Assembly (NCBI GenBank): GCA_037447605.1
Contig: CM074811.1
Span: forward strand, 248,001-312,000
Direction: 5' to 3'
DNA: 64,000 nucleotides
Origin: Zygnema circumcarinatum SAG 698-1b
Lineage: Eukaryota > Plantae > Zygnematophyceae
The notes under the pieces were generated by a model that was given only the letters and a program-made list of their open reading frames with translations, did not search any database and was not told the DNA's origin. The position numbers were made by a program, and so were the translations under genes. Positions 11,989-23,956 of this stretch are shown here, piece by piece; the first letter of the stretch is position 1, and every line of letters begins with the position of its first letter.

Positions 11989-12844
11989 CGCTTCTTTACC
12001 GACTAAATTCTTGCAAGCACAGTTTCAATACTAGACTTGAGTGCTGCTTGCTTAGTCATCCGTCGTCATACTTCCAAGCCAGGTACATGCATAAGCAATA
12101 AGTGCCAATACGAGTTCAAAAAATTCCCGCCAGAAGCAGCTAGCACACAATCCACAGAAGTTGAGGGGACCTGCTCCAAAACCTGCTGGACAGAATGCCA
12201 GAGCCGCCATGGCCACTTTCCTCCAAAACCGCCAAGACTCCTTCCTGTTGTCTCCCTAAATGCAGAATGCACCTCAAGCAGTCCCACAAACCAGTTTGTC
12301 AAATACGCAGTTTACCTCAAAGTTCTGCAAACTCGCCAACTCGGTATTTCTGTATTTTCGGTGATTTATACCCCGTTTGCACCCAAACATCCTCATCGAA
12401 CGGTCGGAATTGCCCAGCTATACCCCATTTGTACGCGCATAGTAAAGCTGCGTGAGAGGCCAGCGTCGTGCCGCGGTTGGTCGGCCCGCGGATTGGCTCG
12501 CGAAGGGTCCAGTCAGCCGCCGGGCAGATCAACCAGCGCGCGGGGCCAACCACGTGGCAGACGGCGCGGTTCCACACACGTGGCAGAGGGCCAGCAGGCG
12601 TCAACGTACCGATAGGGCGCGGTGCCGCGGGTTGTGGCCAGTCCTGGACCGCCACGTGCTGCCTTGGTTGGAGTGGATCCGGAGCAACACGAGCCCCTCA
12701 TGCCGCTTGGGCCGAGCTGCTGACCGATACAGCGCGATATATCTGCATATCGGATAGATGATGACAAGAAAGATGGGGTGACGTGGATCGATCAGGTCGC
12801 GACATGTGGCTATGACCGTGTTGTTGGGCCTAGGAGAAGAGTTA

Positions 12845-13582
12845 CGCTCGCAACTCTGGGCGATGCCATGAAATGTGCATGGACAATAACAACAACGTGG
12901 GGAACCACGAGCAACTGGTCGCAAAGGACCCAAATAAACATAAGGAACCCGCAAGAGGGCCTCCCGGGAGCGAACAACATCAAGTGAGGAAGGAAGAGAG
13001 GAGGGACCAAGGAGGAGAGCAGGGGTAGCAACAGAAGACGCATTACAAGAGGGTCGAAGGGAAAGGGGATCGAGAAGAGCGACATGGCGGCATGGCAGAG
13101 GAGTTCCAGGCGGAGCCGGTGGTGGCGGAATCCGCAACAATGCGCTACAACCACGCCTTACGAGCTCCACAGACGCCGAAAAAGAACCCACCGAACCAAA
13201 GAAACAAAAACCCACAAAGCTTGCGCCAAAAAAACTTCCCAAAGTCAAACAAAAGCAAGAACACTAAAGCCCAACAACGAAAACAGCGCAGGGCAGCGAG
13301 ACGCAAATCCATTTCTCAACTTGTAGCGGAAAATGATTGTACGCGCTGCAAATAAAAAAAAAACAATAGCAATAGGGAGGATTGGCATTGCGTTGCAAAT
13401 GGTTTTGCTTTGCGGCTGCTTCGAGGGAGGGCTTGAAGCGTTGTTGCTCCAAGGCGTAGTTTTCCGCTCCTAGCTTTTTTCTTTTGTGCTTAGGTCCAGT
13501 GCCCCAGTTCCTCGTGGTTCCCCATGATGCTGATGTTGTCCATGTACATTTGATGGCCTCGCCATCGTGAGATCAATGCCAC
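12845..13582. mobile_element. Non-autonomous element with ~100-bp terminal inverted repeats (MULE-like?)
   Basis: 12859-12935 (GGCGATGCCATGAAATGTGCATGGAC...GGGGAACCACGAGCAACTGGTCGCAAAGGACC) is the reverse complement of 13482-13582 (...CCAGTTCCTCGTGGTTCCCC...CATGTACATTTGATGGC...GAGATCAATGCCAC). The same arm recurs elsewhere in the window. No TSD was identified. Confidence 0.55.
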
Positions 13583-14400
13583 ACCTCTCTCTCGCAGGCC
13601 ACTTTTAATCATAAAAGTATTCATGAACCGTCCCTCGCGATCGCGAGTTTTGCAGTACGGTAGAAGTGTAAACTAACCTGTAGTTCTACTTTCTGCGCGA
13701 AAACTTGCGCTTGGATGATGTCATCCAGTTGCCCAAGGCGGCGCAGAATCTGGAATATGCGCGGAATGGAGGGCGCTCCCTTATTGAGGCGCAAGGCGCG
13801 TTTTGTCGTTTAGCGCCGCAGAAAATTGCTGGCGCATGCAGCAACGTACGCAGAGTCCAAAGTTTTTCGGTTTTTCGCGCGCCGGCAGCTGCAGGAAAAC
13901 GTGCTTCTCCGTACGGTACGGCCAGACTGGGGAAAATGAACTACCGTACGGTACCATGGTGCAGCTACCGCACGGGACATCATTTGTGTCTATACCACAC
14001 CAATTACAGCATGTCACGTAGAAGCGCATGGACACATGGCATGTTGTAATTGCCTTCCTTGTATCAATGTGTCTCTAGCTTGTTCCAAGAAAATCTACCC
14101 GCCTTGGCCTGTGCCCGCCTCCAGCCTTAAAGCCTGGAGGACCGGCCTGCACTGCAAGCTGGGAGCTGCAGCGCCTCCCGAGGCCTACCCCGAGCGAGCA
14201 GGCAGAGCATATTACATTAGCAGACGGTGGCAAGACGTAATAATCATAATAAGCAAAGCAATGACATATCTTCTACAGGCAACAGGCCGTTTCTTCTTGC
14301 AAGCATTACGTTTCTTGGAGGCAGAAACGCCGCCGAGGTGGCTCCACTTCTGAACTCCGGCAGCAGCAAGGCCCGCACAGTGTCTCGCAGACAGGCCGCC

Positions 14401-15936
14401 ATGGCTGTGGAGCTCGCCTCCTTCAGCTTGGAGCCTGCAGGAAGTGGGGGGGGGAGCCAGCTGTCGCCCTCCATTCTCCTTCCCTTTGCCACTTGGCGCA
14501 CGCAGAGCGGCTCTGGTCGCCTTCCATTTGCGAGCCAGCAGGTTTTAGCAGTGGGAGGCGTCATAGCCGTTGTTCTGACGGCCATGGCTGTCATTTCTGT
14601 ACTTGTGTTTAGCGCCCACAACACTCATAAGGAGGGGCATGATGCGAAGGCGGACATCGTGGGAGCTGCTGTGGAGACTGAAGCCTTGATGCTGCCAGGT
14701 GTGCAGCTATCGACATTGCTAACTTCTTGTAGCTACTCTTTGCACTTGTTTTTGTTGAAAGAAGTTCCATTTGTTTTCCTTTTTTGGCCTTTTGATTCAT
14801 TCACGGATATCCTGGATAGTTCGCGTTTTAGGGTCAGTCTGTGTCTCAACCGGAAATGGCCACTAGCTGTGGAAGTAGTGAGAGAGAGAAGAGAGAGGAA
14901 TGAAGGACGGGTATGTTACGTGGTACACGGTATTTTACATTTTACATTTTTTCAGATATTGACTGATCGTACCAAGTTAGGTCCTAATATACAATCTGGG
15001 GGCAGGAGTTATTGTGAATATCCTATCTCAGTAACAAGTTAATAAAAGAATATAGACTGAAAGACTGAGCATAATGCAGATACAGAGAAACCAATGGTGC
15101 ATACAGACTTGTTGACCTTCCATTCATGTCGTNNNNNNNNNNNNNNNNNNNNNNNNNNNNNNNNNNNNNNNNNNNNNNNNNNNNNNNNNNNNNNNNNNNN
15201 NNNNNNNNNNNNNNNNNNNNNNNNNNNNNNNNTNNNNNNNNNNNNNNNNNNNNNNNNNNNNNTAATCAAAACAAGTTAGGGTAGATTCAGTTTAATGGTC
15301 GACAAGTATGTTGTAATGTCTACAAATACTGAAATTCTGCAGTCCCGAGAGCGAGATTTGGAGAAGGGTAAATGCTAGGAGAGTGACACACACCAGGTAC
15401 CATATAGTTGCTACGTGATAGGGATCGCTAAATGAATCACTGTAGTACAATCGAACCACTGAAGTTTAGTGGATCATGTTTTGCAGGAAGAAGGCCCTTG
15501 AGAAGCATGAGGCCCTGTTGAAAAGCGATAACGGGAAATGGATAAATGAAATCAGTGAAGAGCTAAATCTGGCCTATGGTGAGCACACTACTTGCAGAGC
15601 GTCTTTATGCTGCAGTTTCAGTTCAACTGTTTCAGGGCCAGTTGTGTCAGTTCAACTGTTCAAGCGCGTGCTGTCTTGGAAAGGGAAGAGCAACGCCCTG
15701 TCAAAGGGCTGTGAGATTAGAAGCTCAACTTTCTGAATACGTCACTGACAGTAAATGGTTTTGTATTGATGGTTCGCCTGTCTGAAACCCTCACATTCTG
15801 TGTTGCAGCCATGCACGAGCTCACGAGCCTGAAGGCGCCGGAGACATTCGATTGGTTCAAGAACCGATGTTGGTCCCGCGGGCAGTACAGGCACCGCCGC
15901 TGCCGCATGTACACGGACCGGGTCACAGTGCGATAG
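14401..15936 (+). CDS. Hypothetical single-pass (type II) membrane protein; the model spans an assembly gap
   Basis: Hydrophobic segment VLAVGGVIAVVLTAMAVISVLVF. Phase-compatible downstream exons KKALEKHEALLKSDNGKWINEISEELNLAY / AMHELTSLKAPETFDWFKNRCWSRGQYRHRRCRMYTDRVTVR* with GT-AG sites. No family recognised. Confidence 0.45.
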
Positions 15937-15982
15937 ATAAAGGAAGATGTGGCATTGATCTCACGATGGCCATGCCATCAAA

Positions 15983-16004
15983 TGGACATGGACATGGACA
16001 TGGA

Positions 16005-16044
<40 letters not shown>

Positions 16045-16118
16045 GACATGGACATGGGCATGGGCATGGGCATGGGCATTGGCATGGACATGGACATGGA
16101 CATGGACATGGACATGGA
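15983..16118. repeat. (GGACAT/GGGCAT)n hexamer microsatellite
   Basis: Direct tandem array of about 22 units. Confidence 0.95.
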
Positions 16119-17271
16119 TAGATAGACACTGCTCAGCCTATTCGGCAGTCCTGTTTTGTTTACTTTATCCTTCACATAGTCTTAGACTTTTTATAAACTT
16201 TCTTGTAAAAAAGGGTCCCACCCGGTCCTCGTTTGAGCCTCGAGATGTGCACTGGTCTGTCCCTTATAAGCAGATGTACGCACGTGTGGATTCCACTTTT
16301 CGACACGTTGGATCCGTGTGATTCGAAGGATCAGGTTAACCCGAGCGCGAGTTTTGCCGTACGACTCTGCGGGCGAGCAGATCAACAAGTTCTGTACGGA
16401 CAGCCTTTTCCACGCGCTTTGCGATCCGCTGAAATCTCACTGTTGATCGGTGAACCCAAGGACAACTCAGATTGAACACAAACGATAATTGAATGTTCAG
16501 TGTTCAATTGGTTCTCCCGATGTTGATTTCCTTCATGTACGTTTGATGGCTTTGCCATCGTGAGTTCAAAATATATCATCCCACGTAAAAACTTATACTG
16601 AGAAACAAAATTAGGAATTCATTTCTCATTTCTCAAAATGAATCGTGTTCACAAATAAAGGGACCTTTTCTTGAGGAACTGGTTTTGGGATTTTTCTTTT
16701 CTTTTTGAGTAGCCAAAATCATATTTTTTTCTTTTTTCTCAACCTGTCCGGTTTAACGGTATGTTCGGCCATATGTATTTTGTCTTGATGCCACACGTGT
16801 GAAACCGCTTTCTTGGAAGTTTCGTTTCTGCCGCTGTACCGTTGTTTTGGGAGACGGGGAGCCCTAATTTCAGCCATCTCTATCTGAAGGCTTGAAGCTG
16901 CTTGTAACCCTAATAAGCTTGGCCTAAAACGTCATCCGACCCTGCTGCTTCTCGAATTTACCCTGCTCTCTTGTGCCTGTTACTGATTCCAGCATGACGC
17001 CTTGACATTAAGCGCTCTCTTCCACGCTAAGATTAACCCTTTTTTAAGCGAAGAGTTTTGGAGATTGATCGACAGACCAGACATTTCATTGTTGGCGAAG
17101 CATCGAGAAGATGGAAGGCAGTGGGAGAGGAGCGGGAGGGAAAGATGTTGGGACGTCTACGTCCTCCTTCTCTGGTCGGCATCATCCTTACAGAAGGGTA
17201 AGTCAAAGGGGAGGAAGTGGTGCAGAACAATAGTGATGTAGGGAGCGTGATCAAGCAAGCAGACGCCAGAG

Positions 17272-18707
17272 ATGAGAGAGGAAGTGGAAAAAATCTTGGA
17301 GAACTGGGAGAGGAGAGAATGGCAGGTAGTCATGGCTGTGGGATTCCTTTCATGCATATGGACGACCAGCAGCAGACAATCTTCAGTTGAAGGGCAGGAG
17401 GTTAGGTTTCTATTTGCAGACTTTCTACATGCATTTGAAACTGCTTAATCGCTTTGAAGTGCGTGTTTGGACTGTGTTCAGGACTCAGAGAAGCCATCAG
17501 GGTTGGAGAATGAGAAGGTGGAGAACAAGTTGTATGTTGGAAATCTCGACCATCGAGTTACAGAGTAATCCCCTTGCCACTAAAGTCACTTGCACGTCAC
17601 TATACTTTAGGGCTGGACCCCCAGATTTTCTTTCGTGAATGAAGGGGACACCTGTAGTCCAACCACATTCGATTGGCGTCATTGACTTCATGTGAACCCT
17701 TTCCATACATATCCTTGCTGTGCTTAAGTTGTGTTTGGGAGAATTTTCATTATGTGCTCGCTTCTCCCTCTGCCCATTTTTTACTCTCAGCACTCAAATT
17801 CTTGCCTATGCAGTTTCAACCATGGAGCATATGAAGCCCCCCTTTTCTCTTCCGAGCTTATGTTATCATCAGAGAAGATTTCCAGTGCAAGGAGCTGCTG
17901 CCAAGATGGAAGGGGGGTTGGAGGGGAATGATTGGCAGGTACCATCTTATAAAGATGTTTTCGCCTTTCGGAAAAATCCGGCATGAAGAGTATCTGTGGC
18001 ACACGCATGGGCCGCGGCGCGGGGAGCCTCGCGGGTATGGTTTTGTGGAATATTCAACAAAAGAGGTGAGAATTGCACAAAATGTACCTACATGTGACAG
18101 GCAAAATGATGCAGTTTTGGTTTGTGTCAATGCTTCTCATTGTCGCTCGCATTGAATTCACAAGAATTTCTTATGTCCCCATGAAGTTTGAAATTTTTTT
18201 GATGTATGATTCGGGATTGAATGTCTGCCTGTGTGTTTTTCTTGGAATGTTCGTTCTTCTCAGGAAGCACAACGTGCCAAGGAGAAGATGAATGGTAGAT
18301 TAGCATTTGGACGGCCCTTGGTGGTTCGATTTGTTGAAGAAAAAGTCACAGCACATAATGCGGATGCTCCAGTACGATTTATGGAAGCAGCACCAGGGGC
18401 TTCTTCAAGCAGCACAACATCGACAACATCCTCATCCGCAGGGGTTAGCAGGAATGCTAGAATTGCTGCCATTCAAAATAAACTTAGGTCGATGGAGACG
18501 GAGGATGCAAGCAAGAAGAAGGTAGTGAGGGGGAAGGATTCGGTTGGAACTGTTTCTGGGAGAGGTGCTTTGCAGGGCTCCTCTTTAGGGGCTGGGAATC
18601 AGGCAGGACGACTGAGACCCAATACTCCTCCTGGGCAGGCAGCCTCGGCGGCCTCACAGCCGCGGACCCTGCTACAGTCTGGGCACAGGTGGTCTGCATG
18701 GGGTTGA
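17272..18707 (+). CDS. RRM protein, RBM18-like
   Basis: Spliced KLYVGNLDHRVTE (RNP2) / YHLIKMFSPFGKIRHEEYLWHTHGPRRGEPRGYGFVEY (RNP1) / EAQRAKEKMNGRLAFGRPLVVRF...IAAIQNKLRSME. The first exon is tentative. Confidence 0.85.
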
Positions 18708-21700
18708 GGCAAAGAAAACTTCTCTATTTCTCACAGGAGGCAAATTTTTTCATGGCTGCGTGGATGTCTGTGATATGGTTTTAGTCTCCTACTTGTTGGT
18801 GTTGACATTGATGGTTGGACGATGGACCATGGTTGGACGGTTTTGATTTTTTAACCCCCTAGTACAGTAAGGGGTTTGAAACTGAACTGGACATTTTCAC
18901 TAAGAAACCAGAATAATGGCCTTATGAAGTTGGCATTTGGCACTAATGAAGTCTGTGGAATCTTGAAAGTTGACCCGGTGTAAGGAATCTCTCAATCGAC
19001 GTTAAAAACTAGAAAGGTTTTTCAGAAACTGAAAGCCGTAAAATTTATGAAATTGAGGCAAATTTTGCGAAAATAATCCACGGTTGTGAAATTGCAGCGG
19101 ACAAGCTGCTTATTTGAGTCGCCTGAAGGCGGAGTCTCGGCCCCTGGGCTTGGTGCCCCAAAGTTTGGGGTCTGGGCTGGTCTATGGGCTATCGCCATGG
19201 AGTTCACATTTCATAATTAAGCCGACCTGTGCGACTTGTAGCAAGGACGACACTGCCGGCCTATCCCTCAGTACAGTATCGGAAATGACTAACTTTAACT
19301 TGGAAAAGAAAAGTCAAAGGTTGGGTGAGAGAGAAAAGCTTCTCAGCAAGTGACGATTAGTTTCCGCCGATGGCCCTGACATAATAGATTTCACAAACAG
19401 AAATAGATTTGGCCAATTTCTTACCAAAATCAGATATCTGCAACATAGGCTTGCTTATCTTCTTCTATCATTCTTAAGGAGATGCGCTGCGCAGTGCGCA
19501 GCGTTTCCAACCGTTGCGGCTGCTGCCGTCGCCTCTGCTTCGACCACGTGGCAGCCTCTCGTTGTTGTTTTGGTTTCCTGTGGCGTGTCCCGCTGCATTG
19601 CACTGTCGTTGTTGTCTGTGTCTTTTTGTTTTTTGTTTTGTTTTGAGCTGAGAGTAATGATCTGTTCTGTTCGAGACAGAGCCGGCCAACCCGCCCACCT
19701 CTTGACATTCTCAGCGGGTCTGGATACCCACGTCAGTGAAACAAAACAGTCTTCAGTCTTCTTCTTGGAGGCCCAGGGAAAAGGCTTTAAGAACAAGTAC
19801 TGCTCTCTTCTTCTTCTTCTTCTCTTCTCTTTCTTCTTCTTTCTGCTTTTCTTCTTTTTTTGTTCTTCTTTTCTTCTTTCTTCTTCTTTCTTCTCTTTCT
19901 TCTGCTCTATAATACCACTGTAGCAGGGCGGCTTCTCAGCTTCCTTGCTCACTCGTCTGTAAGCTGGCTCCTAACGAGAGGGGAAATTGGCCAGTGTACC
20001 TGCGCTCCCCCAAACACTTTACCAGGAGCAGGGTTCGCACCCGAGGCGAACCCATGCCAATGGCAAGGCGCCACGTGGCATGGTTTGCCCCTGATGCGCG
20101 CACTTCCGAGTCCAAGCCCAAAGGCGCTCAAGGACGCACGGTTCATGCGGTCCGTACGACCGACCGTACGGTTGGGGCACAAATGGTGCATGGAGCACCA
20201 TGGGAGCAACACTTGCTACAAGAGGAGGGGGGGGACGGCACGGAACGGAACGGAACGGGAGGAAGAAGGAAAGGGAAGGGAAGGGATCAGGGAAGAGAAA
20301 GGGAGAGAACAGCAGAAAGTAGGGCAGGACGCAAGAAGACAAAACATAAGAAGAACAAGGACGAAAACATCACAAAGATGAGACAAAAGGAACAGCGCAA
20401 CACATCAAGCCAAGGTACGGCAGAAAACGTCAGAAAACAGAGCGAAAAATGGCAAAAATAAATAAATACCCGCAGCCAAAGAGCAACAAAACAAAACAAA
20501 CCAAAACACAAAACCTCTCTCGCTCGTTTCTAACGGAAATAACAGAAATCAAAACGATGACTGTCGGTGCGCCGAGCCCCGCCGGGCGGGCGGGCCAACC
20601 AAAGATTCCGCGGGGTCACTGCCGCGTCCGCGCGCGCGTGCGGGCGGTTCCCTTCCCTCGCGGGGGGACCAGGGAGGGACCGGACCAGGGACCGGTGACG
20701 GGTGGGAGGGAGGGAGGGAGGGCGGACCAAAGACCGAGTTTGAAGGGAGCGACGTCGTCACGTGACGATCGATCCACTCCACGACTCTATCGCGAATCCA
20801 CGGCAAGTCACAAGCGTGCCGAAACAAAAGACAGTACCCCGCAGAGTGGAGAAATGCGAAGTTGAAAGTACTTCTTCTTGTGGTGAGAGCAGATTCCGCC
20901 ATCCATCCATCGCAGCCGACCGATCCCCACGCGGTCGGGCCCTCCTCGATCTGCCGACGGCCAAGACCAGACCGAGCCACTCTAGTCACAATCTAGCTAT
21001 AGTTTAGTTATAATCTAGTCACAATCCAGTTCCCAACCAGACCCAACCCAGTCCCTAGCCACTCCCTGACCGGTCCCTGTCCGGTCCCCAGACCATTGCG
21101 CCATCCCGCGCCGCCGCAATCCGCGGTCCCATGCGGCCGCGATTGGTCCGTTTCCGTACGGTTTTTCAAATCTGGCGCTCCTCGGGGCGCGCGTCCAGCG
21201 CAGCGTGGCGTCACGTGCTCGCACGTGCGAAAGCGCAATAAGGCAGCGGTGCCGTACAGTAACTGTACGAAACGTACGAAACGACAAGCGGCCGAAATCT
21301 CCCGAGGAAATTCAAGCCGCGTGGCTGCGGAAACCAAGTCGGAATTTGCATACGTGGCAAACGATGGCTGAGGCCAATGCATGTATGCCACGTAGGACCC
21401 GATATCCCACCTGCCATATCTTGACCCTCTGGACCAGGCGGCCCGCACCACGTCAGCCGCCCCTCCGCACGTGCGGTCGCGCGCCGCCGCGAAGCGTCGC
21501 GAAAGGTCGTTCACGAGCCGCGTCGATTCGGGAGGGGCCGTCACATGACGCCATGTGACGTGACGTTACGTGACGTGACATTATGGTAAGCTGAGATACG
21601 TTACGGCCGGTGACGCGACGGGACACGCGGCAGGCAGTGGCGTGTTGAGGGGGCGAAGTCCAGAAGGATCCGTGGCGGCGAGGGAGGGAGGGGGAGAGGA

Positions 21701-21918
21701 GGGAAGGATCTGGAGGGAGGGAGAGGGAGCATAAAGACGACTAAGGGGAATTGCGGAAAGCAGGAAGAGGGCGCAGAGAGAAAGTCGCGAGTGCGCAGAA
21801 CAAATCGGAGGGACGTCGGTGAGAGATAGGCGAGTGAGAGTTGAAGCAGAGAGCCGAGGAGGACGAGGCGTCGGTAAGGGGAGTAGGCGAGTGAAGGAAG
21901 GCGGAGAGCGCGCGTGCC

Positions 21919-22903
21919 ATGGGGAGGGAATTTGAGTTGCAAGGAGTAGTGGGATTAGGAGGCGGCCTCGTGCGGTGTTGCGCCGATGGAGGGCGATCTA
22001 TGTGTGAGGAGGCGGCGGCGGAATTGATGCATGCAGATGTGGTCGTGGCATACGCCAAGGTGCGGAGAGTGGTCGAAAAACTAAGCGTTTGAGAGAGTTG
22101 AACGACAGGAATTCATTATTAGCATTGGTTCTGTGTGACGAGGAGGGACGGGGTGACAGATGCAAACCTAACTTCTGGATGTATTTGTGTTTGCAGGTTG
22201 ATGGATTCCGCCCGTCTTCTTTTTATTCTCCTCAGGGCGAAACCTATCTTGGAGAGTGTATGCCAACTCCTCCGAGGTATGCCGCACAGAGGAGGCGATT
22301 CGAGCCCTACACAGTGTCTCCTGCTCAACGGCGCTCTTCTGCAGGTGATTCATTCTCTGCTTGTCAGATGCATGGTGGTCGGTTGAATCTGAGTAGCTGG
22401 CCTTGCATTTCCAAGGAAAGATGCTCGCTGTCGGCCTTAGGCTTTTAAGGCCTGTACACAAGCTTTACGGAGCCTGGCTGCACTCTCACAGATCTTTCCC
22501 TTAACAGCTGTGCCGGCCCCTGGTTGAAGTGCTGTTTGAAGAATGTCTGCACATCAAATAAAGGCAAGAAAGGGAAATGTTGGCATCTTTCAGAAAAGAA
22601 TGTACATTGGATATGCAGAATGTGATGTGGAGTGGTCGCTGCATCAGAATACGAAGTAGTTATACTGATCGGTGTTTTATTTATGCAGGTTCTGAAAGGG
22701 GAAGCAGCGATGGCGATACGGCTTTGGAGTGCAGAACACCGGCTGGAAAGGAGTATTGCATAGGACCTCTTCTGCGGTGTCCTGGAGCCCCTCGGAAAGT
22801 GTCATCGTCTCGGAGGAGGAGAGCCTCGGGAGACAGTCTTCGGAGGCTTCTTACACCTTTAGACTTTGAAGCGTGTCTCCCGAAGAGGATTTCTGTGCAG
22901 TGA
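21919..22903 (+). CDS. SIAMESE-related (SMR) cyclin-dependent kinase inhibitor, 3 exons
   Basis: The last exon has ECRTP...I...CPGAPRK followed by a basic run, matching SMR motifs 1-3. Exons join in phase at GT-AG sites (~22059/22197 and ~22344/22689). The start codon is uncertain (21919 or 22000). Confidence 0.7.
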
Positions 22904-23956
22904 GCAACTGAGAACAGGGAAGATTGTATGGCAGGCAACAAACAGCACAAGCTGAGTTTTGCTTGCTTTTCCGTTACTCTTTCTGGAGCGCGCTCAGCTG
23001 TTAGTCAGTGACCATTCTTTATTGTGATATAGCTGTAAATAGCGGTATGAAAGTGAACATATTTTGTACTTTAAAGGAGGTTTTGTGCGGAAAGTTGTTG
23101 GGATGTTTACGCGTGTCTTGTAGGGAAACCGGAAGGAGCAAAGCAGAAAAGTCTGCTGGGGAATAGTTAGAAGACTTGAAGAGTGGTGTCTGCACAAATC
23201 TGTGCTCAGGTAGTCTGTCTTGTTCAATCATTCAGAGCAATTCTTAAACTACATTGATAAGTTGTTTTACCCACCTTCTGTCTTGCTGCTTCCTGTCATA
23301 ATTCGTTTTTTTTATCTCTCAATCCGCCTCCTACCACTCCCATTCCCTCACGTCCTTCCCCTCCTCCGTCTCGGGTATGAGGGGGACAAAACTGCTCTCA
23401 GCAGAAGCTTGAGGCAGCTGAGCAATAGCTGGATCTGCTCCAAAACGAGAAAAAGAAGCCTACCCAATGAACATCTGCTTTTATGCCAAAGTAGAACAGA
23501 ACAGGGTATCGCGGCAGTATGCATATGTAAACTAACGGCAGCAAGCATAGACCGATGTGTGCCTCTACACATTTATCATTTGTTGGGTCCACTAAGTAAA
23601 CAAATTACAACTAGCAGACATTTCAATTGGGAACATCATATTCCATACGGTAAAGCAATATGCAGGCGCTGTCTGAGACAGAGTGTCTAATACCATGCAT
23701 GAACTTCTTAGAATGTAGGGTAGAAGTAGGCATGCATGTATATTTGTTGTTGTATATACGCACGTAGAAATGGATAGATATGCCTCGAAGTTTCTGAAAT
23801 GCCCTTCGCGAATTAGCAAGGTCATGTATGGCATCAATTACAATAGGTAAGAGAGGAGGGTCGGGTAAGCAAGTCTCGAATTCTACTTTGGCCCAGGCCT
23901 ATCCTGGAACGAGCTGCGCTTTGGCCTGATCCTATACTATGCTCGAACGAGCAAGA

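Noticed and set aside
13753-13760. P1BS (GAATATGC) phosphate-response element
   Set aside because: A single site is expected by chance every few kb, and it is far from the PstS-like gene.
15852-16175. GHGHGH / CPCPCP ORFs resembling metal-binding peptides
   Set aside because: They are products of a stop-free hexamer repeat contiguous with a transposon-like arm, with no other coding support.
19550-20560. T-rich then A-rich halves suggesting a large inverted repeat
   Set aside because: Only a compositional mirror; no alignable arms could be confirmed by eye.
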